Of a stretch of 64,000 nucleotides of DNA, positions 51,059 through 61,803 are shown one piece after another; the stretch's first letter is position 1; each line of letters opens with the position of its first letter. A program made the translations under genes and the position numbers. This DNA is from an uncultured Chloroflexia bacterium. Lineage in GTDB: Bacteria > Chloroflexota > Dehalococcoidia > UBA2979. Below the pieces are notes generated by a model. It saw only the letters and a list, made by a program, of their open reading frames with translations, was not told the DNA's origin and did no database searches. Where the stretch lies: NCBI GenBank assembly GCA_963728205.1, contig CAVSIV010000006.1:160001-224000 (forward strand), written 5' to 3'.

Positions 51059-51576
51059 GGCGCCGCCTCCGTCCCCGGGCCGGCCGCGGCGCCGTGCTCG
51101 GCGCGCAGGGCGCGCACCTGCGCGGCGTGCTCGCGGTCGTGCTTCGCGAGGAACGCGAGCGCCTCGCGGAAGCTGCGTCGACCGCCGTCGGCGGTGGGCC
51201 GGGCGACGTCGAGGTCGGCGGCGCCCTCGGTGCCCGGGCCGCCGGCGAGCTTGCCGAGCAGCACGAGCGTGGCGTGGCGCGACTGGTCGAGCCACGCGCG
51301 CAGCAGATCGGGCGTCTGCATGTGCACCGGGCGCGTGCGCCGCTCGAGCACGGGCAGCGCGGCGCCGCGGCGCGTGGCGTCCATCCAGCGGCGCACGAAG
51401 TCGTCGTAGATGCCGACGTGCCACGCGACGTCGCGGATCGACCAGCGCTCGTCGCCGGGGCTCGCGGCGGCGGCGGGCGGGCGCAGGAAGTCGTCGGGCG
51501 ACACGCCGTCGAGCGCGGCGAGCAGGTCGGCGCGGGCGGCGTCGAGGTCGGTGCGCAGGTCGTCGAGCGCGCTCAT
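51055..51576 (-). CDS. DinB_2 family protein
   Basis: WSIRDVAWH, HDREHAAQ. Confidence 0.82.
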   Translation of the reverse strand: MSALDDLRTDLDAARADLLAALDGVSPDDFLRPPAAAASPGDERWSIRDVAWHVGIYDDFVRRWMDATRRGAALPVLERRTRPVHMQTPDLLRAWLDQSRHATLVLLGKLAGGPGTEGAADLDVARPTADGGRRSFREALAFLAKHDREHAAQVRALRAEHGAAAGPGTEAAP

Positions 51577-51720
51577 CGCGGGGCAGCATACGGGACGCGC
51601 GGCGTGGAGCGCGCGGGGCGCCGCGACGCGAGCGCGGCGCGCACCCGTCGCGTGTAATATCCGCCGCCGAGAGCCCCGGCCGGCGTCCCGCCGCCCGGGC
51701 GGCACGGAGAGGACCGGCGC

Positions 51721-52491
51721 GTGGCGCGTCTCGACGGCAGGGTGGCGCTCGTGACGGGCGCGGGATCGGGCATCGGGCGCGCGATGGCGACACGCCTCGC
51801 CGACGAGGGCGCGGCGGTGATGTGCGCCGACGTCGACGAGGCGGGCGCGCAGGACACGGCGGCGCGCGTCGCGGAGCACGGCGGCCGCGCGGCGGCGCTG
51901 CGCCTCGACGTCACCGACGAGGCGGCGGTGCAGGCGGCGCTCGCACGGACCGTCGACGAGCTGGGCGGGCTCGACGCGATCATGAACAACGCCGGCGTCG
52001 GCGGCGGCTTCGGCTGGGACCGCACGGTGGCGGTGAACCTGAGCGGCGTCTACTACGGGCTGCTGCACGGCGCGGAGCTGCTCGCGCAGCGCGGCGGCGG
52101 CGCGATCGTGAACACGGCGTCGGTGGCGGGGCTGGTCGGGCTCGTGGGCGCGCAGGCGGCGGCGGCCGCGGAGGCGCCGCTCGCGCCGGGCGCGGGCGCG
52201 TACGTCGCGGCGAAGCACGGCGTGGTGGGGCTGACGCGGCAGTTCGCGCTGCACTTCGCGCGACGCGGCGTGCGCGTGAACGCGATCTGCCCCGGGTACA
52301 TCGACACCCCGATGATCGCCGGCATCACCGGCGTGGACGCGGGGCGCCAGTTCCTGGAGTCGCTGCACCCGATGGGGCGGCTCGGCCGCGCGGAGGAGAT
52401 CGCGGCGGCGGCGGCGTTCCTGGCGTCGGACGACGCGTCGTTCATCACCGGCGTGGCGCTGCCCGTCGACGGCGGGTACACCGCGCGATGA
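51721..52491 (+). CDS. SDR oxidoreductase
   Basis: TGAGSGIG, NNAG, YVAAK, VDGG. Confidence 0.92.
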   Translation: MARLDGRVALVTGAGSGIGRAMATRLADEGAAVMCADVDEAGAQDTAARVAEHGGRAAALRLDVTDEAAVQAALARTVDELGGLDAIMNNAGVGGGFGWDRTVAVNLSGVYYGLLHGAELLAQRGGGAIVNTASVAGLVGLVGAQAAAAAEAPLAPGAGAYVAAKHGVVGLTRQFALHFARRGVRVNAICPGYIDTPMIAGITGVDAGRQFLESLHPMGRLGRAEEIAAAAAFLASDDASFITGVALPVDGGYTAR

Positions 52492-52505
52492 ACGAGATCG
52501 CACGT

Positions 52506-52586
52506 TCGAGCGGCACCTGGCAGGGTGCCGCTCGAGGCACGCGACGGGGCCACCCGACGATCGGCACCGTACCCGGTGCCGCTCGA
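52506..52586. repeat. REP-like pair, same family as 11426-11514
   Basis: TCGAGCGGCACC-tggcag-GGTGCCGCTCGA and GATCGGCACC...GGTGCCGCTC. Confidence 0.6.
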
Positions 52587-52609
52587 CGCACGCGGTCGGG
52601 GCGCGCGCG

Positions 52610-55006
52610 ATGACCACCCCCCGCATGCGCCCGCTCGAGGACGTCGTGGTGATCGAGGCGACCCAGGGCGTGGCCGGCGCGTACGCCGGGCGCCTCTACG
52701 CCGACCTCGGCGCGCGCGTGATCAAGATGGAGCCGCCGGGGGGCGACCGCCTGCGCCGGCTCGGGCCGTTCGCCGGCGACGTCGCGGACCCGGAGCGCGG
52801 CGGCCTGCACCTGGCACTCGACGCCGGCAAGGAGAGCGTCGTCGCCGACCTCGACACGGCGGACGGCGTGGCGCGGCTGCGCGGCCTGCTTGCCGGCGCC
52901 GACGTGCTGCTGGAGTCCGCGGGGCCGGGCACGATGGCGGCGCGCGGGCTCGGCGCCGAGACGCTGCTCTGGGATCACCCGTGGCTCGTGGTCGGCTCGC
53001 ACACGCCCTTCGGCCAGGACGGGCCGTACGCCGAGCGCGCGACGAGCGAGATCGTCGACTACGCGATGGGCGGCTACCTCTTCTTCTCGGGCTCGCCCGA
53101 GCACCACCCACTGCTCGTGCCCGGCCACCAGGGCGAGCTGCACGCCGGCATGCAGCTGGCGACCGGCACGCTGCTCGCGCTGTGGCACGCGCGGCAGACC
53201 GGCGCCGGGCAGCACGTCGACGTCTCGACGTTCGAGTCGATGCTGAACGCGCACAGCTGGCTGACGACGTGGTGGACGCACGAGGGCGAGGTGCAGACGC
53301 GCCTGCCGACGACGATCCTGCGCTGCGCGGACGGCCACTTCTTCTGGTTCCCGCGGCCGGACCCGCAGGTGTTCGCGCTGATCGAGCGGCTCGACCTGAT
53401 GGACGACCCGCGCATGCAGACGGTGCTCGGCTTCCGCGCCGCCGTGCAGGAGGTGCGGGACGCGTTCGAGCGCTGGGCGGCGGGGCGAACGAAGGCGGAG
53501 ATCTACCACACGGCGCAGTCGATGCGGATCGCGGTCACGCCGGTGAACACGGCGGCGGACCTCGCGGCATCGGGGCAGCTGGCGGAGCGCGGGTGGTGGC
53601 GCGCGGTGGAGCACCCGCTGGCGGGTCGGCTGGAGCTGCCGGGGCCGCCGTGGAACTTCAGCGACGCGCACGCGGGGCCGGTCGCGCCGGCGCCGCAGCT
53701 CGACGCCGACGCCGCCGCGCCGCCGCCGGCGCGCGCGCGGCGCGAGCCGCCGCACCCGGCGCGCGGCGACGCCGGGCCGCTGGCCGGCGTGCGCGTGCTC
53801 GAGGTGACCGCGAACTGGGCGGGGCCGCTGGCGGGGCGCCACCTCGGCGACCTCGGCGCCGACGTGATCAAGATCGAGCTCGCACGCCGCCCGGCCACGC
53901 GCGCGCTGCACCCGCCCGGCAACCAGCCGTGGAACACCGGCTACAACCGCGCCGGCTACTTCAACCTGCTCAACCGCAACAAGCGCGACCTCGTGCTCGA
54001 CCTCTCGTCCGACGAGGGCCGCGAGCTCTTCCTGCGCATGGTCGAGCGGGCCGACGTCGTGCTCGAGAACAACAGCGCGCGCGTCTTCCCCAACCTCGGG
54101 CTCGCCTACGCGACGCTCGCCGAGCGCAACCCGCGCATCATCATGTGCTCGATGTCGGGCATGGGCGGCAGCGGGCCGGAGATGCACTACCTGGCGTACG
54201 GCTCGAACGTCGAGGCGTCGAGCGGGCTCGTCTCGCAGCTCGGCTACGGCGACGGCGACCTCTACGGCACGGGCTCGTTCTACGCCGACCCGATCTGCGG
54301 GACGCACGGCACGATCGGGATCATGGCGGCGCTGATGCAGCGCGAGCGCACCGGGCGCGGTCAGTTCATCGACATGTCGCTGCAGGAGTCGGGCATCGCG
54401 TTCCAGGTCGAGGCGATCATGGACTACCGGCTGAACGGCCGCGTGGCCGGGCCGGCGAACAACCGCTCGCGGCGCATCGCGCCGCAGGGCGTGTACCGGA
54501 GCGTGGGCGACGACTGCTGGCTGGCGATCGGGGTGGAGACCGACGAGCAGTGGCGCGGGCTGTGCGCGGTGCTCGACCGGCCGGACCTGGCGCGGCGGTA
54601 CGCGACGGTGGAGGCGCGGCTGGCGGCGCACGACGCGATCGACGCGGCGATCGAGCAGTGGAGCGTGACGCTCGACCACCAGCGCGCGACGCGCCGGCTC
54701 CAGGACGCGGGCGTGCCGGCGGGGCCGGTGCTCGCGAACTGGGAGATCGTGAGCGATCCGCACCTCTTCGCGCGCGGCTACTTCGTGGACGTCGTGCACG
54801 CGGACGTCGGGCACTACCGCTGGGACGGCTACCCGTGGCGGCTGTCGCGCACGCCGGGCCGCGTGACGCGCGCGGCGCCGCTGTTCGGCGAGCACAACGA
54901 GGAGGTGCTCCGCGAGCTGGCCGGCTGCGGCGAGGAGCAGGTCGTCGCGCTGCACGCGCGCGGCGTGATCGCCGACGTGCCGGAGGTGCCGGCGGCTCTC
55001 GGGTAG
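52610..55006 (+). CDS. Tandem double-domain CaiB/BaiF CoA-transferase
   Basis: Two repeats of PL.xV.V.E...AG...DLGA.VIK.E and GK/NKR...LDL. Confidence 0.92.
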   Translation: MTTPRMRPLEDVVVIEATQGVAGAYAGRLYADLGARVIKMEPPGGDRLRRLGPFAGDVADPERGGLHLALDAGKESVVADLDTADGVARLRGLLAGADVLLESAGPGTMAARGLGAETLLWDHPWLVVGSHTPFGQDGPYAERATSEIVDYAMGGYLFFSGSPEHHPLLVPGHQGELHAGMQLATGTLLALWHARQTGAGQHVDVSTFESMLNAHSWLTTWWTHEGEVQTRLPTTILRCADGHFFWFPRPDPQVFALIERLDLMDDPRMQTVLGFRAAVQEVRDAFERWAAGRTKAEIYHTAQSMRIAVTPVNTAADLAASGQLAERGWWRAVEHPLAGRLELPGPPWNFSDAHAGPVAPAPQLDADAAAPPPARARREPPHPARGDAGPLAGVRVLEVTANWAGPLAGRHLGDLGADVIKIELARRPATRALHPPGNQPWNTGYNRAGYFNLLNRNKRDLVLDLSSDEGRELFLRMVERADVVLENNSARVFPNLGLAYATLAERNPRIIMCSMSGMGGSGPEMHYLAYGSNVEASSGLVSQLGYGDGDLYGTGSFYADPICGTHGTIGIMAALMQRERTGRGQFIDMSLQESGIAFQVEAIMDYRLNGRVAGPANNRSRRIAPQGVYRSVGDDCWLAIGVETDEQWRGLCAVLDRPDLARRYATVEARLAAHDAIDAAIEQWSVTLDHQRATRRLQDAGVPAGPVLANWEIVSDPHLFARGYFVDVVHADVGHYRWDGYPWRLSRTPGRVTRAAPLFGEHNEEVLRELAGCGEEQVVALHARGVIADVPEVPAALG

Positions 55007-55280
55007 CCGCCGCGGGGCCCTCGCCGCAAGCGGCGGCAGACACGCCGCCGATTTCGGCGCGGCCCGCGGGGCCGCGACAATGTCGGCGGCATATCTGCCG
55101 CCGCTGAGCGAGCACCGTCGCGGGCGGCGCGGCCCCGCGTGGGGCATGCGCGAGGGCCGTGCGCTCGCGCGAGACCGCGCCCGCGCGCGGAACCGCCGGC
55201 GCGCGCGCGACGTCTGATCGCCAACGACACCCACGGCAGCGCTCACGACTGCCGCTCGCCCCGGAACAGCGAGGCAGGCC

Positions 55281-55706
55281 ATGCGGACACCACGGATCAT
55301 CGTCGCGGTCGCGCTCTCGGGACTGCTGCTGCTCGCGACCGCGTGCATCGACGAGCGCACGTCCACGCAGCCGCCGTCACCGACCGTGACGCATCGCGTG
55401 CTCGCGCCGATCGTCGACGCCGCGATCGTCACCACCCCCGGCTCGCCGACCGGCTACGCGGTGCGCGTGGAGTCGGCGCTGCCGAACGGCTGCCACCACT
55501 TCGCGGGCGCCTTCGTCCAGCGGCCGAGCGACGACGAGATCCGCGTGCAGGTCGAGAACGAGGTGCCCGCCGACCCGCACGTCGCATGCACGATGATCTA
55601 CGGCACACACGTCGAGGTGGTGGACCTCGGCTCGAACTTCGTCGCCGGGCGCAGCTACACGGTGATCGTGAACGGCGAGCGCACCCTCGAGTTCACCGCG
55701 CGCTGA
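55281..55706 (+). CDS. Secreted lipoprotein, beta-rich, probable disulfide
   Basis: Signal peptide ending LATAC; LPNGC and ACTMIYG. Confidence 0.7.
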   Translation: MRTPRIIVAVALSGLLLLATACIDERTSTQPPSPTVTHRVLAPIVDAAIVTTPGSPTGYAVRVESALPNGCHHFAGAFVQRPSDDEIRVQVENEVPADPHVACTMIYGTHVEVVDLGSNFVAGRSYTVIVNGERTLEFTAR

Positions 55707-55729
55707 GGCGCGTCCCGGCGGCCCCGCGG

Positions 55730-56116
55730 TCAGGCCAGCTCGAGGTCGGTCTGCGCGAAGTCGTCGCCGGTGCAGAGCAGCGGCCGCCGCGCCGCCTGCG
55801 CGACCGCGTACGACAGGCAGTCGCCGAAGTTGAGGCCGGCCGGGTGGTTGCCGCGGCCGAAGCGGCGCCACGCGTCGATCGCGATGCGCGCCTCCGCCGG
55901 GCCGATCGGCACGACCTCGACGCGGAAGTCGACGAGCAGCGACGCGAGGAAGGCCGAGCCCTGCGCCGGCATGCGCGCGCCGAGCACGATGCCGGCTTCG
56001 ACGAGCGTCGGCGCGCCGATGGCGAGCGGTTCGCCGCGCGACAGCGCCTCGCGCAGGCGCGGCGCTTCGGGCTCGTCGAACGCGATCGCGACGATGGCCG
56101 ACGCGTCGAGGATCAC
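55730..56116 (-). CDS. vapC: VapC PIN-domain toxin
   Basis: MILDASAIVAI, HPAGLNFGDC, GDDFAQTD. Confidence 0.92.
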   Translation of the reverse strand: MILDASAIVAIAFDEPEAPRLREALSRGEPLAIGAPTLVEAGIVLGARMPAQGSAFLASLLVDFRVEVVPIGPAEARIAIDAWRRFGRGNHPAGLNFGDCLSYAVAQAARRPLLCTGDDFAQTDLELA

Positions 56117-56385
56117 ACGCCGTGCCGTCCGTAGCCGAGGATCTCGTCCTCCTCCTCGCGGCTGAGGCGGCGGCCGCGCTCGCCCGGCGGGAGGTGTGGC
56201 CAGACCTCGGACTCGAGGTAGCGCCAGAACATGTCCACCTCCGCGCGGCGCGCCGCGCCCGTGTCCAGGCGCGCCAGGCGCTCCTCGAGCGCGCGGCGAA
56301 CGGCCTCGGTCTTCGTCTCGCCGGTGCGCTCGGCGACCTCGGCCGCGAGCTGCTCGACGCGACGGTTCTTCAGGTTGAGGGCCAT
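56113..56385 (-). CDS. vapB: VapB antitoxin
   Basis: MALNLKN...TGETKTEAVRRAL...EILGY; 4-nt overlap with vapC. Confidence 0.9.
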   Translation of the reverse strand: MALNLKNRRVEQLAAEVAERTGETKTEAVRRALEERLARLDTGAARRAEVDMFWRYLESEVWPHLPPGERGRRLSREEEDEILGYGRHGV

Positions 56386-56403
56386 GGCGCCCCTCCTCGT
56401 GGC

Positions 56404-56438
56404 GTTACACCATCACACCGAATGTTACACCATCATAC
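56404..56438 (-). promoter_or_regulatory. vapBC promoter/operator with direct repeat
   Basis: GTTACACCATCA at 56404 and 56424, overlapping TATGAT on the minus strand. Confidence 0.6.
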
Positions 56439-56534
56439 CATTCCCGCCTGCGATCTCGCGCTCAGCCGGCGCGCGATCCATGCTGGGCGCCCACCCGCGC
56501 GCCGCGCGCGCCATCACCGCACGAGGAGACGACG

Positions 56535-57419
56535 ATGCCCGACCCCGCCACCCCGGCCCCCACGCCCGAGGCCGAGCGCGACCCGAACAAGCGCTACACG
56601 CCCGAGGGCATCGAGGTCCCCGCGCCCTCGGAGAACGACGTCCTCTACGAGGCGCGCGACGGCATCGCGTGGATCACGTTCAACCGGCCGCTGGTGCTGA
56701 ACGCGGTCGACTGGTCGCTCACGCTGCACTTCGGCCGCGCGCTCGAGCGCGCCGACGCCGACGACGCGATCCGCGCGGTGATCGTGCGCGGCGCGGGTCG
56801 CGCGTTCTGCGCGGGCGGCGACCTGCAGTCATCGCCGCGCCCGGAGGGGCTGGAGATCCCCGGGATGCCCGAGGTGATGCAGCGCGCGTGGCGCATGCCG
56901 AAGCCGGTGATCGCGGCGGTGCGTGGCCACGCGGTCGGCCAGGGCTGCGAGATCGCCGGGATGTGCGACCTCACGATCGCCGCCGACGACGCGAAGTTCG
57001 GCGAGATCCAGGTCCGCCACGGCTTCGGCCCGCCGATGCTGATCGCGCCGTTCCTCGTCGGCCTCAAGGCCGCGAAGGAGCTGCTGATGCTCGGCGAGAT
57101 CGTCGAGGCGCAGGACGCGTTGCGGATGGGCCTCTGCAACCGGGTGGTCCCCGCGGACCGGCTCGACGCCGAGGCGGAGCAGATGGCGAAGCGGCTGGCG
57201 TCGCTGCCGGCGACGGCGGTCGCGCTGAACAAATTGCTCGTGAACCGCTCGTACGAGCTCGCCGCGATGGCGCAGGCGATGGACTACCGCAGCGACGCCG
57301 CGCTGGCGCAGCTCTCCGGCCGCACGCGCGACGACCAGGTCGCCGCCGAGCGGCTGCGCACGCTGCGCGAGCAGGGCTGGAACGCGTTCAAGGAGCAGCG
57401 CGACGAGGCGTTCAATTAG
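56535..57419 (+). CDS. Enoyl-CoA hydratase/isomerase
   Basis: ITFNRP, AFCAGGDL, KPVIAAVRG. Confidence 0.9.
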   Translation: MPDPATPAPTPEAERDPNKRYTPEGIEVPAPSENDVLYEARDGIAWITFNRPLVLNAVDWSLTLHFGRALERADADDAIRAVIVRGAGRAFCAGGDLQSSPRPEGLEIPGMPEVMQRAWRMPKPVIAAVRGHAVGQGCEIAGMCDLTIAADDAKFGEIQVRHGFGPPMLIAPFLVGLKAAKELLMLGEIVEAQDALRMGLCNRVVPADRLDAEAEQMAKRLASLPATAVALNKLLVNRSYELAAMAQAMDYRSDAALAQLSGRTRDDQVAAERLRTLREQGWNAFKEQRDEAFN

Positions 57420-57431
57420 CGGCGCTCTGAT

Positions 57432-57496
57432 CCTCCTCCGCCCGTGTCGGCGGACGCCGGCACGGGCTCCGTCGGCGCGCCGTCGGGCGGAGGGGG
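57432..57496. repeat. Dispersed inverted copy of the 15198-15948 repeat unit
   Basis: CCTCCTCCGCC..GTCGGC.GACGCCGG...GGCTCCGTCGGCGCGC.GTCGG is the reverse complement of the array core. Confidence 0.7.
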
Positions 57497-57561
57497 TTCG
57501 GCGGCGGCGTTGAAGCGATGGCGACGCGGTGCGTCGGCCGCTCGCCGGCCCTTCGCTCCGC

Positions 57562-58074
57562 CTACGCCTTCAGGCGCAGGCGGAAGAACGCCAGCGGCTC
57601 GTTCTCGATCAGCGCCTCCGGGGTTCGCCGGAAACCGAGCTTCGTGAGCACATGCTGTGACGCCTCGTGGCGCGGGTCCGTCGTGGCCACGATGGTCGCG
57701 AGCGACAGCTCCTCACGAGCCAACGCCACGCACGCGCTCCCAACCTCCGTTGCGAGGCCCCTGCCCCAGTAGTCGGGCGTCAGCGCGTAGCCGAGCTCCA
57801 CTTCGTCGACGCCGGACACGGGAAGGTGTCGCAGGACGGCTCTCCCGATCGCGGCGCTCCCGCCGCCCTCGCGCAGCATCCAGACGCCGAATCCGAACCG
57901 TTCCCAGTGCTCCAGGTTTCGGGCGAGGTAATCCCGAGTCTGCGCCCGATCGCGGGTCCCGCCGAGGAACGCCATGAACCGCGGATCAGCGTGCATCCGC
58001 ACGAGGTCATCGTAGTGCTCGCGACGGAGCCTCTCGGCGTGCAGCCGCTCCGACGAGAAGGTCTCGATCGCCAC
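57562..58074 (-). CDS. RimJ/RimL-type GNAT acetyltransferase
   Basis: VELGY, YWGRGLATE, SQHVLTKLGF. Confidence 0.88.
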   Translation of the reverse strand: MAIETFSSERLHAERLRREHYDDLVRMHADPRFMAFLGGTRDRAQTRDYLARNLEHWERFGFGVWMLREGGGSAAIGRAVLRHLPVSGVDEVELGYALTPDYWGRGLATEVGSACVALAREELSLATIVATTDPRHEASQHVLTKLGFRRTPEALIENEPLAFFRLRLKA

Positions 58075-58278
58075 GAGGACCGCCCTCCGGAGCCCGGGAC
58101 CGCAACCGGCGCACCCACCGGTAGCGCATCTGCCGGCCGGTCGCACCGCGCGCACCGCCGTGGGGGGACGAAGAAGCCGCCCCCGGGGGCGTCGCTGCTT
58201 TCACGGGCCGGCCACCTCGCGCCGACGGGGCGGGCGCCGGCGTGAGCCGACGCGCGGTCGGCGGCGTATCCGCCGCCG

Positions 58279-58662
58279 CTAGCTCCAGCGCGCGAGCTTC
58301 GGCAGCTCCTTCTTCAGGTCGAGCCGCGTCTTGCCGATCGCCTGCTTGCGCTGGGCGGCGATGCGCGCGACGGCGGCGTGGATGAACTCCTCGGGCGTCT
58401 TCACGTCCTCGGTGAACTTACCGTCCCGATAGCAGCCCGCGCAGTACTGCTCGGTCATCGCGCCACTCTTCTCGGTGCCGAAGTCCGGGTCGCGGCGCAT
58501 GTTGAAGCCGCACGACTGGCAGAAGAGGTTGTCGCGACCCTTCGCGAAGTCCTTCATGTACTCGCGGCTGCCGCCCCCGCGCTTCACGGAGGTCGCGCGG
58601 ACCTTCGTCGCTCCGGCCGGCTTCTTCGCCGCCGTGCCGGGGGTGTTCTTCGCCGTGGGCAT
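58279..58662 (-). CDS. Putative zinc-ribbon protein with Lys/Ala-rich N-tail
   Basis: FCQSCG, GTEK.G, YCAGCY.DG.FT, LPKLARW. Confidence 0.8.
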   Translation of the reverse strand: MPTAKNTPGTAAKKPAGATKVRATSVKRGGGSREYMKDFAKGRDNLFCQSCGFNMRRDPDFGTEKSGAMTEQYCAGCYRDGKFTEDVKTPEEFIHAAVARIAAQRKQAIGKTRLDLKKELPKLARWS

Positions 58663-58969
58663 GCAGTCCTCCTCCCGCCGCGCGCCCGGCGGGGCGCATA
58701 CAGCGTGTATGTGTACGGTCGCGGCCCATGATAACGGATCGTCCCCGAGCGAGAGCCCCGGGCGAGATCCCGTGCCCTGTCGCGTGCGCGACGCCGAGGA
58801 CGCTCCCCGCCCCCTGCGTCGCGCTCTTCGCGTCAGCGGCCCATCGCATCCTCATGCCGACCGCGCGCTCGCCGGAGCCCGCCGCGCGCGCGAGCGCGCC
58901 GCGGGCGCAGGCAGAGAGGGAGCCGGCGCGGCCGTCCTCGGCGGCGCCCGCGACCGGTAGCGCGGCGAA

Positions 58970-59290
58970 TCACTGCAGCGGCGACTTCGGCGTCGGCGTG
59001 AGGCGCGTCACGCGGATCTGCTCGCGGTCCATCAGCTCGGGGATGCGCGGGCCGATGTTCGTCTTCCAGTGGTCGCTCTCGTAGACCGCCGCGTAGAGGC
59101 GCTTGCGCTCGTCCTCGTCGGCGAAGCGGCGGATCCACACGTAGACCGACTCGTCGTCCTCGCCGACGAAGCTGCCGAGGATCACCATCCCCTGCGCGAC
59201 CTGGAAGGGGATGACCTCGTCCTCCATCAGCCGCACCCACGCCTCCCGGCAGCCCGGCCGGATGTGGTACTGGCGCAGTTCGAAGAGCAT
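58970..59290 (-). CDS. NIPSNAP family protein
   Basis: FELRQY...PG, YVWIRRF, L.PT..S. Confidence 0.88.
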   Translation of the reverse strand: MLFELRQYHIRPGCREAWVRLMEDEVIPFQVAQGMVILGSFVGEDDESVYVWIRRFADEDERKRLYAAVYESDHWKTNIGPRIPELMDREQIRVTRLTPTPKSPLQ

Positions 59291-59436
59291 CGGTGAGCCT
59301 TTCCCGTGTCCGACGGTGACGCGGGCGTTCATACGTGCGCGCGGCGCGCGTGGCAAGCCGGGTCCGCGGATCGGACAGTTTCCCGCACGCCGGGCCGCGG
59401 TATCCTGCGGCCGTATCCGTCACGAAGGGGGGAACC

Positions 59437-60648
<1,212 letters not shown>

Positions 60649-60834
60649 CCCCCCCTGCATGTCCGGGCGCGCGGCGGGCTTCAGGCCCGCCGTGTGCAGT
60701 GGCCGCCTCGACCCGCGTGAGGCGGCCACCTCCATACCCCGGAGGCGTGCACGAGCCACGGCGGCCTGAGGCCCGCCGCGCGCCGGCGCGGCGGACCCGG
60801 GGCCCGCGGCGCCGTCCGCGGTACAGTCCCCCGC

Positions 60835-61581
60835 ATGCTCGACGCCTTCCAGGAGTTCCACGACCCGCGCCTCGTCGCGCTCTACGACGCGTGGGACGAG
60901 TCCCGGCGCGACTTCGACTTCTACCTGGCGCTCGCCGCCGAGCTCGGCGCGGCCACCGTCGTCGACATCGGCTGCGGCACGGGTGCGCTCGCCTGCCTGT
61001 TCGCCGCGCGCGGGCTACGGGTCACCGGCATCGATCCCGCGACCGCAATGCTCGAGGTCGCGCGCGCCCGCTCCGGGGGCGACGCTGTGTCCTGGCTCTG
61101 CGGCGACGCATCCGTGTACGCCGGGCCGGCGGCGGACCTCGTCGTGATGACCGCCCATGTCGCGCAGGTGATCGCCGACGAGGACGCCTGGCACGCGACG
61201 CTCGCCGCCGCCCGCCACGGGCTGCGCCCGGGCGGGCACGTCGCGTTCGAGAGCCGCAACCCGGTGGCGCAGGCGTGGCGCACGTGGACGCCCGAGGCGA
61301 CGCGCCGCCGTATGACGGACACGCCGTTCGGCGCCGTCGACGCGTGGTGGGAGCTCATCGACGTGGACGGCGACCTCGTGCGCACGGAGATCCGCTACCG
61401 CTTCGCCGCGACCGGCGAGGAGCTCGTCTCGTCGAACGCGCTGCGCTTCCGCTCGCGCGCGGCCATCGAGCGGGAGGTCGCGGAGGCGGGCTTCGCGGTC
61501 GAGCGCGTGTACGGAGACTGGGATCGCTCGCCGGTCGACGCCGGGAGCCCGGAGCTGATCTTCGTCGCGCGGCGCGACTGA
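60835..61581 (+). CDS. Class I SAM methyltransferase
   Basis: VDIGCGTG, LRPGG; TACAGT 7 nt before ATG. Confidence 0.9.
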   Translation: MLDAFQEFHDPRLVALYDAWDESRRDFDFYLALAAELGAATVVDIGCGTGALACLFAARGLRVTGIDPATAMLEVARARSGGDAVSWLCGDASVYAGPAADLVVMTAHVAQVIADEDAWHATLAAARHGLRPGGHVAFESRNPVAQAWRTWTPEATRRRMTDTPFGAVDAWWELIDVDGDLVRTEIRYRFAATGEELVSSNALRFRSRAAIEREVAEAGFAVERVYGDWDRSPVDAGSPELIFVARRD

Positions 61582-61803
61582 CGAGACGCGGCCCTCCCGG
61601 CGCGCGGCGCGCTTCAGGCGCGCCGTGTGCAGCGCGCGCCTCTCGGCATGCGCCCCGGGGGGCCATGCGCGGATGAACGTCACCCAAAGCGGCGGCAGAT
61701 ATGCCGCCGCTTTGACGTTCCGACGAGGCCTGAAGCCCGCCGTGCGCCAGGAAGGCCGGGGCGATGCCCCGGCCTTCCCTCGCTCTCGAACCTCGCGGTT
61801 CGG

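Noticed and set aside
52445-55435. Very long alternative-frame ORFs (e.g. 52445-55435, 26126-28702, 47446-49785)
   Set aside because: They are Arg/Ala/Pro-rich shadows of real genes, expected from stop-codon scarcity at high GC.
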